Origin: Octopus vulgaris
Taxonomy: Eukaryota
Reading direction: 5' to 3'
Assembly (NCBI GenBank): GCA_951406725.2
Contig: OX597815.1
Location: 125,240,001-125,304,000, forward strand
DNA length: 64,000 bases
In this document: positions 1 through 14,170 of the stretch, in pieces
Numbering within the stretch: the first letter of the stretch is position 1
Layout: every line of letters begins with the position of its first letter
Position numbers and translations under genes: made by a program
The notes under the pieces: generated by a model
The model's input: only the letters and a program-made list of their open reading frames with translations
What the model was told of the DNA's origin: nothing
Databases searched by the model: none

Positions 1-1959
1 TTCCACCTAGGGCCATAAGAATGGGGTTCGACTAATACACTGTTCTGAAACTCTAAGACCCAGGACGAACAGGCTGTAAATGTCTAATGTGTCCCTCTCT
101 ACAAATAAAGAAAAAATAAATTTTAAAAATCACAGGAGTTCCCTCCTTGGAGTAGCTGGTAAACAGTCTTGTTCCATCTTGTAAGATCTCTTCTAGGGAC
201 CCTTTGTCCATTACACCAAATACAAGCAATGTGCTAGGTACATCAGTATGTCAACTGAGTGACAAAGGAATTAAAGAATTACACCAACTACTATTGAATA
301 ATATCTACTCAATCATTTCAATTCTTCAACATTTTTCTAAGTTACACAAGTTTTTATTCCTGTACAGTTTTTCTCAAAATAGTAAACTTCAAATGCAACC
401 TCATGAAATGAGTGAAACTTGCAAATTCCAACCCAGACATTCACTTAATACCATTTTTAATTATTTAAATTTTTATTGTGTGCACATCATCTGTAATTTG
501 TGCATGGGATGAAGACATCAACAATGGTCTCAACGAGAAAACAAAATAGTTAATAATTTAATCAGTGCCAGTGATTAGTACATAAATTAAATTAGTTGTT
601 ACTAACTATCATTTCATCTGTCATGCCGCAAAACTAATCCTCATGTAACATTGGTTGGTCAATTCAACAGTAGTATCTTACAGCTACAATCCTAATATCA
701 TACAAGTGCAACACCAACATCGTAAATAATTAATCTAAGAAAATTTGATATGCTCAGACAGTACCAGTTTAATTTTAACACAGAAAGATTACATAAAGTA
801 TTAAGTATAACATAATTATTATTATTTGCACTAATTCACACTCTGCAGTTACCAACAATGAAAAACATATTACCATGGACAGCTGGATAATAGCCCCCCA
901 TCTCACCCCCAACAATACACACACACACACACACATATATATATGTAAATCACAAATGAAAAAAAGATGAAAAGTTCTTTTTAATCTTATTCATAAGTAA
1001 AGCCCTATTTAAAAAGTGGAAAACTAAATCCCTTTCAATATATATTATTTAACATAATCCAAGCAGTGTGTTGCCAGAAATATTTGAAAACTGGACTAAG
1101 AGTATTACATGTATTTGGTTTTGTATCTGTCAGTTCTGATTTCAAATCCTATCAGTTTAGCTATGCCTTCTATCTCTCCAGAGATGATAAAATAACAGTA
1201 TTATACTGGAAATAGTCACATCCAGCTTATATTTACTTCCTTCAGTAGCCCATGGAAAGATTTCTAGAAGCACAATAGTATTTTGAACAGGGTACTTAAC
1301 TATGTACTCCAAAGTTTAAACTCAGTGCTGATAATTCTTTGTATTTCTGAAACAAACACCTCGTTCTAGATTGTCTCTAATTACCAAACTCTGGTGTCAG
1401 TAACAGGTGGAAAAGAGCCCATAAGTGGGTGAAAGAGATGATCTCTAAGGATCCAGCATCTTTTCAAATTTTTTTCAAATTCAGTGTTGTTTCATGATTT
1501 GAGTTTTGCTGATAATAAGCATTCCATGTGATGGAAATCAGAGCATCATGAGCATATAATATACATAAAGGCAAGGGACAAATGTAAAAAAAAAATCCAG
1601 AGCAGGCTATTACAAAAAGAAATTGCTGAGCTCTGACCTCACTGTTGGTGATATGCATGCAGTTTTCTTATATAGTTAACTAAACTTGATAAACATCCAA
1701 TCCAGGAAACAATTTATATCTAGACTACTCAACATTATTAATGTGGGATGAAATAACTGTTCTCAAGAACCTTAAGAAACTTAGGGTATAAATATGTTAC
1801 ATCGCACTATATAGGAAGAACTGGTCTGAGGATAAGATAAGAAAATAAAATTTACAATGCCCTTATCATTAAATGTGATGGGTGTACCATCTCAAGGATA
1901 GCCAGCTGTAACTTGTCAGCAAGAACAGTCTGATAACATGTATCATGCTTTTGCTAATT

Positions 1960-2997
1960 GTTTTAAAAGAAATTTCAGGTGTGGGAACAAGGCCTGGAAT
2001 CTAATGGCCTTAGAGTTAATTTAGCAAAAACCAAAAGTCCTAGTAGGAAAACAGACAAATCAAAAGTCCCTTCTGGGAGATGGCCCTGCTTGATATGTAA
2101 GAAGGTAGAAATTCCACACATTGTACCTAGTGCAAGCTTTGGGCACATAAGAGGTGTAGCAGTATCATAGGAAGGTTAATGAAGAAAATAGTTTTTGTGT
2201 GTGGCAAATATATAGGTACAATAAGCACTAAAAATGCGCAGATAATAGATGCTGGTAACTAAGAGCCTCTCCCTCAGAGTGAAAGACAGATTATATGACG
2301 CCTGGGTATGTACAGCAATGAATGATTAGTGAAACATGGGCTTTGACTACAGAGGAATTTACAAAGACTTGAAAGAAATGAAGCTAGCATGCTCCACTGG
2401 ATGGGTAATGCCAGTGTGCATGCACAACAGAGTGTAAATGATTTTAGAGGAAAACTGGGTATAAGAGGCATCAGATATTGTGTGCACGAGAGAAGACTGT
2501 GCTGGTTTGGTCATGTGATGAATATGGATGAGGATAGCTGCATAAAGAAGCATTGAGCTGTAATTGTGGAGGGTATGTGAAGAAGAGGTAAACCCAAGAA
2601 GACATGGGATGAAGTGGTGAGAAAGGATCTTTGGATGCTGGGTCTCACTAACCCAAGAGATTTGGCGATTCACTTTGCTTCATAAAAGCATCAAGCTAAG
2701 TAAAATCGTTGTCTTCCACACATACAGACTTGTTCTATCAGGTGCCAGTGTCACATAAGAGCACTTGTGCCGGTGCTGCGTAAATGCACCTGTGCCAGTG
2801 CTGTGTAAACACACCTGAGCCAGTGGCATGTAAAAGCACCAAGCACTCTGTTAAGTGATTGGCTTTAGGAAAGGCATCCAGCCATAGAAACCATGCCACA
2901 ATAGAAAACTGGAGTCAGGGTAGCTCCATATCAAACCATCCAGCCCATGCCAGCATGGAAAGTGGACATTAAACAATGATGATGGTGAAGATGATGA
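1960..2997 (+). mobile_element. Degraded RTE-clade LINE 3' fragment with 3' UTR and (GAT)n tail
   Basis: Fragmentary translations WEQGLESNGLRVNLAKTK, RRLCWFGHVM and RGKPKKTWDEVVRKDL; the 3' UTR motif AGGAAAGGCATCCAGCCATAGAAAC is followed by a degenerate GAT repeat. Confidence 0.8.
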
Positions 2998-3526
2998 ACA
3001 CAATGTGATATAAACATACACTAGGTGCCCTCATCTTTGACCCAGTAAGACATGCTGGATGTAATGACTGGAAGGTGCAATGGCACAATGCACTGCTCAG
3101 TCCATGAAGTGACTTCACAACTTTATGATTGTAAGCTGAACACCCTAACCAATTAGGTGATATACCTTCATCATACCGCTTTATGCTAAATACTCAGTAC
3201 TACATGAGCTGAACTAATCAAAATTAAGTACTTTCATCAGGAATGTAACAAGACTGCAAATCACTATTGTCTCTTTAAGTTAATGATCAGCATCAAATCT
3301 TGAAATCCAAACTTAAAGTTTAAACATTGTTCTCTAGAATATACTATTTAGGCTATTTCATTCAAATTTACAAATTTTCTTTTATGTCCACTCTTTCATA
3401 ATTTAAATTGAAAAGTGTGTGAATGCCTGAAAGAACAGATTAACTATAAAATGGCCAGCTAAGACTCCAGGATTCCACATAATTTCACTACAATTAAATT
3501 GTGTTGCACGTACACACACACATAGC

Positions 3527-3720
3527 ATCATCATCCTCATAATTTAACTTCCATTTTCCATGCTGGCATGAACTGGATGGTTTGACAGGAACTGATAAAC
3601 CAGCACCAATGTTCTCTTTGTATGTAAGTTGGTTGCCCTTTCTAATACCAACCACTTTACAGTGTATTCTTGATGCTTTACTTGTGGTACTGTTACTAGT
3701 AAGGTTACCAAGTAAAGCAC
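3527..3720 (-). mobile_element. RTE-type 3' tail fragment
   Basis: (CAT)n then TTTTCCATGCTGGCATG, the reverse complement of the RTE tail seen in other copies here. Confidence 0.6.
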
Positions 3721-4595
3721 AAGACAGGACTTCTTCAAATGAGTGACGGTACAGATCTGAGGGAGGGGAAAGTGTGATAGAGAGACAAAAACAGGTGTCT
3801 TGCTGAAAAGAGAGAGAGTGGGGGAGTAAAGGCATATCCTTAAGGCAAAAAGAGAATATAAGATAGAGAACAGCAACAGAGAAATAGAAATGGTGGATGG
3901 GTAAGTAAGTTTGTAAGAATGTGATAGGCATGGTGTTACAAATGATCCAAGATGGAGATTGAGATGCAGGCATGGTCATCAGTGAATATCACTCAACATT
4001 CCAAGTCATGAGTTCTATGGAGGGAAGGATTGCCATGCGATACAATCCACAACTATTAGCAGAACAATAAGGTTAAAACTGAGAAGTGAGCTTCAGCGTA
4101 GAGCTTGATACCTTCAAGTGGTTTTAGTTGGGGATGATTTGTGATGCATTTGGTTAACAACAGAGACCAAGCATAGACATCAACCACCCCATGAGAGAAC
4201 TGAATTCTATAAACACATTAATTGGCTGCACAGAGGTATTTTACAAAAATCACCAAGATTATTGCCAAAGATTCAGCATGATCTAAAAAATTAAATTATA
4301 CAGGAAGTAATTAGCAGTGTATCTCTTCAAACTCAGTTGAAATATACCACTAATTAACAATACAATAAACTAGGCTAAATTTGAATCTTTAAACGAGGGG
4401 AAACCAATTAAACATATAACTACTATCTTTCTCTCTCAAATCTTTCAGCAGTTCAATTAATCTACCTAAAAAGGTGTGTATTTGTGTCTCAGCATGTATA
4501 TTATCATTCCATCTTAAGAGGTGATGACAGTAGTGATTTGATATTATATATGTGTGAACACACATAAACACACACATATATATATTTGATTAAAT

Positions 4596-4750
4596 GCAGG
4601 TATAACCATGTGGTTAGGAAGTTTATTTCCCAACAACATGGCTTTGGGTTTCAGTTCCCATGTATGATACCTTAAGCAAAGATCTTCTACTTTGGGCCAA
4701 TCAAAGCTTTGTGAGAAGTTTCAGTAGACAGAAACTAAAAGAAGCTCATC
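4596..4750 (+). mobile_element. tRNA-derived SINE (family A), 5' part
   Basis: Similar to the 5' half of the full copy at 50369-50758 and ends in the internal (TA)n tract. Confidence 0.65.
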
Positions 4751-4787
<37 letters not shown>

Positions 4788-6038
4788 CAGGGGCTGGACA
4801 AACTAATGGAAACACCTAGCATCATAGCATCATAATTTTGAAATATCAATAAAACTGTCAAAAGCTTCTTTATTTTTATGTTTTTTGATTTATTATTAGT
4901 GTTGCTTAATATGTTTTGCTAAAACTGCTGTTTCTTTTAAAATATCACCAGAAAAAGGTAATTAAAATTCATTAACATGACAGATTTATTGAACTTTCAA
5001 AGAGGTCAAATGGTTGGTGCTCAAATGGCAGGTGCTAGTGTAATGAAAACAGCTGAAATGTTTGGTGTATCAAGAAGTACTGTCTCAAAAGTAATGAGAG
5101 CATTTGAGAAAGAGGGAAAAACCTCCTCATCGAAACAAAACTCCCGAAGAAAACCAAAACTTTCAGATAGGGACCGTCAGACTCTTATGCGAAGTGTTAG
5201 AAAGGATCACAAAAGTACAACTCCCAAAATTACTGCAGAACTTAATGATCACTTTGAGAACCCAGTTTCCACAAAAACTGTTCACCGGATGCTGCACAAA
5301 GCCGGATTTCACAGGAGGGCTGCAATCAGAAAACCATTACTTTCAGAAACAAGCATTGCAAAGCATTTAGAGTGGAGTAAAAACCTACAGAATTGGTCCC
5401 TAGAGCAGTGGAAGAATGTTATTTTCTCAGATGAGTCACCCTTTACCTTATTTCCGACCACCGACAGAGTATACATGTGGAGACAGCCAAAAGAAGCATT
5501 TGACCCAGACTGCTTTCTTCCAACTGTTAAACATGGAGGAGCTGTAATGATCGGGGGGAGGGGGGCTATATCTTGGAAATCTGCAAACCAAATGGTTTCC
5601 CTCATGGCAGAATTAATAGTCAAGACAATTTAAGCATTTTATCTGATGATATTCCCCCTATGGTTGTGGAACTGTTTCTGGAGGGAAACACAATCTTTCA
5701 GGATGATAATGCACCAATTCACACATCTAAAGTTGTTACTGAATGGCATGAGGAACATTCTAGTGAAATTGAACATCTTATCTGGCCACCACAGTCCCCA
5801 GATCTCAATATTATTGAACATTTATGGTGCATTTTAGAAAAATAAGTAAGGAGTCGATATCCTCCACCATCATCACTACACGAACTGGAGACTGTTTTAG
5901 CTGAAGAGTGGACAAAAATTCCCTTGGAAACAATTCAAACTTTGTACGAGTCTATACCTTGTAGAACCTGTTCTACCTCATATTAAAATAAATTTGTTTG
6001 AAATTTTGAAGTATTTCTATTATTTTGTCCAACCCCTG
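4788..6038 (+). mobile_element. Tc1-like DNA transposon, near full length, DD36E spacing (Incomer-like)
   Basis: ~28 bp TIRs (CAGGGGCTGGACAAACTAATGGAAACAC and the right-end reverse complement CAGGGGTTGGACAAAATAATAGAAATAC), TA flanks, 1251 bp long, transposase inside. Confidence 0.93.
4977..5986 (+). pseudogene. Tc1-family transposase with a frameshift (~5550 G-run), a stop (5843-5845) and a short C-terminal deletion
   Basis: ORFs 4977-5633 and 5573-5845 give an N-terminal HTH region, VIFSDES, TVKHGG, FQDDNAPIH and WPPQSPDLNIIEHLW. Confidence 0.92.
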
Positions 6039-6129
6039 TATATATACACACATGTATGTTGGCTGGTTGAACTGTCAATGCACATACCCAGTTCAACAAA
6101 CCTACATACATACATACATTCATGTGTGT

Positions 6130-7210
6130 ACATACACAGACTTTCCCCACAAAATGCATCCATACTTTAACAGCTGATAATTCACTTGATTTCCATTTCT
6201 TTTTAGATTTAACCCATTAGAAATAATGAAAGGAGGCAGACTAAGCTTTGAACAAAGAAAAAATTTCCTAAAGTGCTACTGGTAGTTTGAAAACTCAAAG
6301 TGCAAAGACAGCTTAAGGGGGAATTTTAAATAGATCCATCCATAGGATTTCAAAAGCTGAACTTACTCAAATGACAGATAAGCTTGAAGGAGAGGGATTT
6401 GTTCAGAAAGTCCACAAAGAATGTTTCTGAAGACAGTGGACATTGATGAGCCATACAAAGCAAGAAAGGCTACTAGAAACATATTGCCAGAGTTGAAGAA
6501 AATCTGTGCAACAAGCAAGCCATGAGACAGTAATTTCAAAATCAAGCATCCATCGCATTTTAAAGTACTGCTTTTGGAAAAGTTATGCTCCAAGAATAGT
6601 CCAGGCTCTCAACGAAAATGATCCAGACTGTAGATTGGAGTTTTGCAAGTAGTACTTGGCATAACATATAGAAAATGCACACTTTCCTACAAAAAGTGTT
6701 TGGAATGATAACCATAAATTTAAAGGAAATGGCTCAAATGTAATTCCACAACTAGGGGCCTGAGAATTCATATTTTATGGCATTACATCATGTTAATTCA
6801 TCAGGAGTTACAGTATGATGTTACTTAGTATCAACGCATTAATTAGCTCATTCTCTTTTCATGGTGCTGTAACAAGTCCCATGCCAGCATTCAAGAGGAC
6901 TTTGAAGATGTGGAGTTTTATTTCCAGCCGGAAAGGGGCACCCCATCCTATCATAGTAATGTAAAAGCCAGCCTTGATGAGATTTTGCAAAACAAGTGGA
7001 TTGAACAAAAAGGTTCAGTAGAATACCCTTTTCATTCACTAGCTCAAACTACTGCCCTCCCCCACCTTTTTTTTCACAATGGGAATAATTAAAAGATAAG
7101 ATTTTGAGTCCAAAACCAACAATAGTGAATAAATTGAGGGCAACCATTCAACAACAATGCACAAAAATACTAAACAAAATGCTTCTTTAATCCATCCAGT
7201 TACATGCGTA
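6130..7210 (+). mobile_element. Highly degraded Tc1/mariner-superfamily transposase relic (DD41D/rosa-like)
   Basis: Fragments MKGGRLSFEQRK, IVQALNENDPDCRLEFC and FYFQ..LDEILQNKWIEQKGSVEYP, with many stops and frameshifts. Confidence 0.65.
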
Positions 7211-7715
7211 TGAGTCAAGAGTGTTCTTTTCCCTACTCCTAGTAACTGAGGCCCAGAAAAGGCTTCACAATAAATGTCTTCCCACCTCTGGCAAAGTCTT
7301 TACAAATATACAATATTGCAAAACATCTAGTCTGATAACTTGTCATATCTGTCACTCTTCTCCTTTGTTCACATGCAGGTGCACATGTGCATACATGCAT
7401 GTGTGTGTAGGCACAGTGAAACCAATAGGTTTACTTTGCATGCTCAAGGTTCTAGTTCCATTCTACAGAATGGCATTATTAACAAGTGTCATTTTCTTAG
7501 GATACTACTGGTTGATTTATACTTTATGAGTAAAATTCCTAAATCATACTGATTTCCGTTGAGTATTTTTACATGAAGAGTACGTTTGTTCATGAAATAC
7601 ACATCTACTTAAATGCTTATTCAATGAACCTGATAGCAGAAATAATCAAATATTCATAGCTGGTAATCCAAACTGAGATTTATATATATGCACATATACA
7701 CATACATATAAATTA

Positions 7716-8900
7716 TCTATATATTGATAGGCTTGTACCGTCAGTGTTTGTCACGCTAAGGGAGATAAGTCAGGATTAAATTTGAATTATTTCCCTTGGC
7801 TTCTGGGCTGGCATTGCTGCAACACTCTTGAAAGGTGGTAAAACTCTTCACATTCAAGCTTCCAGTTTCTTTGAGAGAAACAAGTGTGTGCAATGTTCCA
7901 CCAAATTCTTATCAAGGAAACATTCTTAGGTGAGTAAAATTATACCAGTTTATGCTTTGAAAGCTATAGCTAATTGTTTAAGAGATATTATGAATAGTAA
8001 TAGTATATTTGGTGGGGAAATTATTGTACTAGGAGGATTTCAGACAAGTTCTTCCAGTTGTTCCCAGAGCTCCTCCTGCAGCTATTCTTGATGTCTGACT
8101 CAAATGCTCCTCTATGTGGAATAATTTTCATCACATGCAACTTACACAAAACATGAGAACAAATGCAAGATATTTTGAGGTGGCTACTACAACTTGGAAG
8201 GGGATTTCTTCAAAGCTCTCTTGATAATATCGCAGATGATACTATTGATATTCCTGAGGCATGCATATACAACAATTCTTTCATATATCATATATTTGAC
8301 AATTGTACAGTAGAAGAAATGAAAAATAGAATGATGTTATCCTCTAAAAATTCAGACTACTTAACAGTAAATGAAGAAATTCTAAGCAGATTGCCCATTG
8401 AAACTAAGACATATCTAAGCACCGACTCAGTAACTTCTGATAATGAAGAACAAGCCCAGAATTATCCCATGGACTTTATAAACTCTCTTACACCTTCTGG
8501 AATGCCTCCCCATCACTTTAACTTAAAACTTAGACCAATTATTTTGCTTCTGAGAAACCTCTCTATAACACAAAGTCTATGCAACAGAACTCACGTGGAA
8601 GTACTTGACCTCCACGAGCATAACATCGAAGTGTCAATTATAAGTGGATCTCATTCTCACATGAGAGTACTGATTCCAAGAATCAAACTTACTCAAAGCA
8701 ATGCGAACATTCCATTTGTTCTGCATGAGACCCAGTTCCCAGTTCATCTGTCCTATTCTATGACACTCAATAAAGCACAGGGGCAAATATTCAATAGAGT
8801 TGGCATGCACTTGCCACAGCCATGCTTCACTCGTGGCCAGCTTTACGTAGCTTTTTCAGCAGCAAGGATGACGAACAATGTGTGGGTTAAAGTGATACCT
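7716..8900 (+). mobile_element. Helitron fragment with PIF1-like helicase relic
   Basis: Possible 5' A|TCTATATATT end at 7716; GIAATLLKGGKTLH (~7810) and FGGEIIVLGG/FRQVLPVV (~8010); ORF 8163-8942 has NSLTPSGMPPH, IILLRNL, QFPVHLSYSMTLNKAQGQ and FTRGQLYVAFS. Confidence 0.88.
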
Positions 8901-9120
8901 CACGTTGCTCCAGTCCACTCAGCTGGCAAAAATGAGTTGTAACTGTATTTCAAAGGGTCAGCCTTGTCATACTCTGTGTCATGCTGAATCTCCCTGAGAA
9001 CTACATTAGGGGTACGCGTGTCTGTTGATTGCTCAGTCACTTGCATGTTAATTTCATGAGCAGGCTGTTCCGTTGATCACATCAGATGGGACCCTCGTCG
9101 TCGTAACCAACAGAGTGCTC
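8900..9120 (+). mobile_element. SINE (family C), central/3' part, inserted into the Helitron relic
   Basis: CACGTTGCTCCAGTCCACTCAGCTGGCAAAAATGAG core, also present on the minus strand near 40900-40960. Confidence 0.65.
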
Positions 9121-9599
9121 CTATTATATAAAGTATGAATTTTAAAGTAATTATGTATTTACTTATACAGCCAAATGTTAAATGAGGTTCGTTATATAAT
9201 ATTTATAGTGTCATTTTGCAGTTGAATAAGTATCTTTCTTTTACACATTTAGTGAATCTAAACCAACACATGTGGGAAAGAGTAAGTTCAACGTTTGAAA
9301 TCCCCAAAAATATTTTCTGACATTTATTAATCATATCATGTTCTAGTTTAATTTGTGTTCTGAATGTTCAGCCTTTCAGTCTTTACAGATCACTTAAAAA
9401 TCATGTCAGCGCAATTACTACAAAGAAATATTTTGGTATACATAAGTAAGGATTACTTTTGTACCCAAAGCAGTTCGCAAATCAAATGATGGTGATGGGT
9501 AGAAGTCAACTAAGCCAATGACAATAAACTAAATCAACTTGAGTAATTTTATGACTATTATTAACATGATCTAACTGGAGTGTGCATGTGTACAGATAG

Positions 9600-10410
9600 A
9601 GGAGAGAGGGGGAGATAAGTTAGCAGAAAAGAAGACAGGATTCTACTACCATCAGGGAAATGGTTATGGTTCATATGCAAAAAAGGAGTATGTAGGAATT
9701 CCATACAATATGCCAGATTTGAACTATGATTATGCAAGAGGTGTAGTGGAATCACAAGCAGAGTGATAGAGAAGGACTCTGTTTATAGGAGATACATATG
9801 AGTAGTGAGCTGTAAAAACCCCCATGAAATGAATTCTAGATGACTTAACTAGAAATGAAGGAAGGTATTTCTAAAGCCAAACAGCCACAACAAGAAAACA
9901 ATATAGAAAGATCAGGGAACTCAATTGGCACTAAAAGGATTCAGTGTTTGAGCTAAAGGGAACATTGTACAATACTTGAGCATAAAGTTTGATATCAGTT
10001 AGTCATGAAACAGAGGCACTGAATGCAAAGGATGTGTAAAGGCCGGAAAAAATGAGGTAGGCATGCTATGTCGGATGTGTGATGTTACTGTGCATGAATG
10101 ACAACACAAATGAATTGAGAGGTAACTGAGTACAAGGCAAATTAGATATAGTCTGCAAAAAGGAAGGACACAATGGCATGCAAAATACATGACATTTGGA
10201 TAAGAAAGACTAAACACTCCTAGAGGAAGGAACATATGCAAAAGAAAGATAGAGGAAGACATGGAAAGAAATGGCATAAAGAAAGTCTAATCTCAGGAGG
10301 ATGAACTTCATAAAGACAATAGCAAAGGACAAAGACAAGTGACATGACACTAAGCTGGAGAAGATTCATACAATCATACAAGTATGAGCAGACATAAAAA
10401 ACATTATGAT
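9600..10410 (+). mobile_element. Very degraded RTE-type LINE fragment
   Basis: Patchy similarity to the copies at 1960-2700 and 51260-52034 (CCATCAGGGAAATGG, AGGAATTCCATACAAT). Confidence 0.45.
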
Positions 10411-13400
10411 GGTGTGTGTGTGTGTAATTATTTGGAGGCTTTTAACTGTGGGAGGAAGTTTTTAAAAATGTAAACACATTCAAGCTATATCTTTGATGTT
10501 TGAAGAAAAAGGAGATTCTTGATGTATTTGTTTCATGGTTTGTTGACTGGTTATCAGAAGAGATATGCCCTGATTCTGTCCCCACCACAACCAACCTATC
10601 ATCTCTGCCATTGAAAGTGTAGCATATTCAGAAAATAGAAATCAAACTACCCCTGCAGTGAATAGCCTAATTAGAATAATTGTGCTTTTGGCTACTCATC
10701 ATTAATTAAATATATATTTATGCACAACACAGACACATATGTGTGTGTTTATATACATCTGTACTTGACAGACAGATATACTTATAAGTAATATATACAC
10801 ACAAAGACAACACACACAATTGTATGTGAGTCTAAGAAAAATGCTTCTGTATAACAAAAAATCTACTATGAGCATGTTTAAATAGTTTTAGTAAGATTTC
10901 AAAAGGAAAGAAACAGACAAAATGGTAAGGCAGTGAATGAATGACTGAATGAATGAATGAGTAAATGAATAAGTGAGTGAGTGAAAGTGAGTGAGAAGAA
11001 ACATAATAGCTAAGAGGAAGAAGAAATGGGATGGGGTAGGAATCGGAAATTGTATTGACACAATATTAATGCAGTAGTAATATTGTAATGCCTGAGTAAA
11101 ATGCAGAATATGACAAGAACTGGAACAGTAATGAAAGTTAGAGAAGTGGAAACAGTTTTATGGATTGATCAGTGATCTTCTTGACAATCATTCCAGTATA
11201 CAGAATTGGTCTATAGTTGCCATAACAACAGGTTAGCATAGACTTATATCGTAGTGTGTAAGTCATTAAGCAAATTATTACAGATCCAGATAACCAGAAT
11301 TCTATTGAACAGTTTAGAAGTGTGCAGCATCATTAAAAGTTCAGCAGAACTCTTGTAGGAACATTCAACAAGAGGGTCACTTCAGTAACAAGATTCATCA
11401 TGGGTAGTTGGTAGTTGCTCCAAAATATCACCATTAGGTAAAATTGGAACATTACCATTGCAGGTTAGAACTGATCAACTTCTACTCAAATTACTTAAAT
11501 GAAAAGAAGTAAACAAAAATAGAACTTTTTTTTTATTTTTACATTTTCCAGAAGAGAGCAGTATGACATTCAGAAAGAATCAATCATATCAACATGGATG
11601 GAGAATCAATATAGTGTAAAGAATATTGAGAAAAAAAAGGATTTAATCAGGAATCTATGTTTTTGTTTGAATTTTCTAAAACATCATGTAATGAGTCATA
11701 AGGAAATTGAACTTCTGCTAATCCCACAGAAGGGATTTTCTGTTGCCTACATACACATGGTACTTATATACAGCTAAGTAAACTGAACTAGTAATAATTG
11801 TCTTGCCCATTGCATATCTGTAGATTGAACATGAACCACTGCCTAATCAGTTGGTAGCATGACTTCCTTTAAACCTGGCCAACTTTAACTCTCAAAGTGT
11901 TTGTATAATTTCAGTGTCATATTGTACTAAATTTATCCAAGTAATGTGGCACAAGATCCTTCATGCTCAGAAGCTTTATTCAGCAGAATAGGAAAACAAC
12001 CTTACAAAGACTTCACCAAATGTAAGCATACAAAATGTATGTAACACTATAATAACTTTAGCACAACAATAATATCAAGTTCAAAAGTCAGAATAAAGAT
12101 GTATACGGGATTAAAAAAGACATGTTCTCTTTTGTGCTGGATATATCACAATATATGTACATATCATATACATCTACTCATATATGTATAATTGCATTCA
12201 TACAAACATGCACTCAACTGCATGATAAACTAGCCACTGAAAAGTCAATGATTCATCTCTTACTACCAATGTTGTGCTGCGTTTATAACCAAAGCACTTA
12301 GCTCATACAAGATCAGCCCACTTAGCTACACAGAAAGAAGCTTCATAAATATAGAGCAGGTCTGTTGCTATTGCAAGCACTGTAAAAATAATATCCAGGC
12401 TCTCCTAGGAATCTGGAAAAGGCATTACAATGTAATATGGCATTTACTTCTTCAAGAGATCTTGAAACTACAAAAATATTGAGAGACCAAAGTTCCTGTA
12501 ATAGCTTCAAAAGTATTTAAAAACAATATGTTACCTACAAGTGTATATCATGAATAGGGGACATTTAAACACACATTGACTATCTCAGACACTGTTAAAC
12601 ATAATATAGAGTATGTTGGTGGTACATCATCATAAAATTCATATCCTTTCACTGGAACAAAAGACAAAATACTTGTACAATTACAGAAACCTGCTTTCTT
12701 ACAGGAGAAATTGTTATTCTTGCTTGTTTACCCTAAAGTCAGCTCTGATCAGGTAGATCTACAATGATGTTCAACTTGTAACCATCTCATCTCATACAAT
12801 ATCTCCCCCCCCACACACACACACACCTTTGTTCTTTTCATTTTAGTGTATCTAGAACTACTATATCCAGTTCATCACTTCTAGAAGTTGGTAAAATGTG
12901 ATTTTGACAGAAATTTGACTTATTTCTTGCAGGTGAAACACAGAAACCCCTTCTTGGGGCATAAAAAGAAATGTTTCCTCCAAATGCAAAGAAAATAATA
13001 GCATCTAAATGATAATTCCAGGAAAGTAGTCATTCACTCAGCAAAACAGCAAAGACAGTGTAGAAATTCTCAGAGTTACATTCTACTCAAGCATGTGTAT
13101 GTACATACATGTAGATACATACATAGACACCTATAAATATATGTATTAAATACATGAAAATGAATGTAAGATATTTTAGGTAATTCAGCTGGTAGCTCTC
13201 ATTACTTGAGATTATCTAAAGTCTGAAGAAATTGTTATTTTTCAATTGAAAACTTAGTCATTCATAATTACTAAAATTAAAGAATAAAAAAAAAACAGGA
13301 AAGCATACATACAAATGAATAAAAAGGTTTAGATGTCTTAACTCTTAGAAAACTAGCCCTGTCACTTTATTACTGACTTTCACCAAGGAAGTACCTCCTT

Positions 13401-13964
13401 AAAGTATTGGCTTCTTATACAACATAAAACCTGAAACACTGGTAAGGAAATGAGATATAACATTCATTGTTATAACTGAAATGGCGACAACTAGGAACTG
13501 AAAGCAGTTTGTAAGGATAGTTCTTTAGACATTAACATTTGTTTTTTGTTTTTTTTTTTTAATCTACAAAATTTCATCTCCTTCAATAGTTAAAGGAAAA
13601 CTAAGGATAAGCTAATTTTGGTAGAGAAATTGCTTATATCCATGAAATTTATCTATAGAAAGGATAAATGACAAAGTCGAGTGCAATACAAAATCTCCAA
13701 AACATATAACATCCAATATAGTGAGCAAAGCCTACCCTGCACTGAGCAATAATAGAGACAGGTGAAGTGTGTCTGTGAAGTTTAACAATAAGAAAATGAA
13801 AAGTGGAAACATCATTTATGTACACAACATATAAAGACAACAAAAACAATTAAATATTTGTAATTTTGAGATAAGGTGTAGCCAGTGTAGTAAATTAACA
13901 ATCAACCTATTAATCTATTTGTGCATACAGATTTACATATGTTATTATTTACATAGTATTTTAG

Positions 13965-14170
13965 ATAGCAAGCTGGTAGAATCATAACTGGGCAGGACAA
14001 AATTCTTAATGGCATTTCTTCTGTCTCACATTCTGAGTTGAAATTCACCAAGCTTGACTTTGCCTTTCAGCTTTTCGAGATTTATAAAATGAGTATCAGT
14101 TGAACACTGGGGTCAAAGTAACTAACTAGCTTCTTCTCTACAGATTTCAGGCCTTGGGCTTTAGTAGTAT
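13965..14170 (+). mobile_element. tRNA-derived SINE (family B, Meta-like core)
   Basis: AGCTGGTAGAATC head and GACTTTGCCTTTCA..ATAAAATGAGTATCAG core; same family as 21115-21332. Confidence 0.65.

Noticed and set aside
133-255. Possible minus-strand exon (TDVPSTLLVFGVMDKGSLEEILQDG...)
   Set aside because: An in-frame TGA follows the best acceptor directly, the donor is weak and no domain is recognisable
8163-8942. Cellular PIF1 gene
   Set aside because: Intronless, frameshifted upstream, Helitron-type motifs and interrupted by a SINE
11382-11470. Possible minus-strand terminal exon (TCNGNVPILPNGDILEQLPTTHDESCY*)
   Set aside because: The in-frame acceptor is poorly placed relative to the pyrimidine tract, there is no recognisable homology and no partner exons
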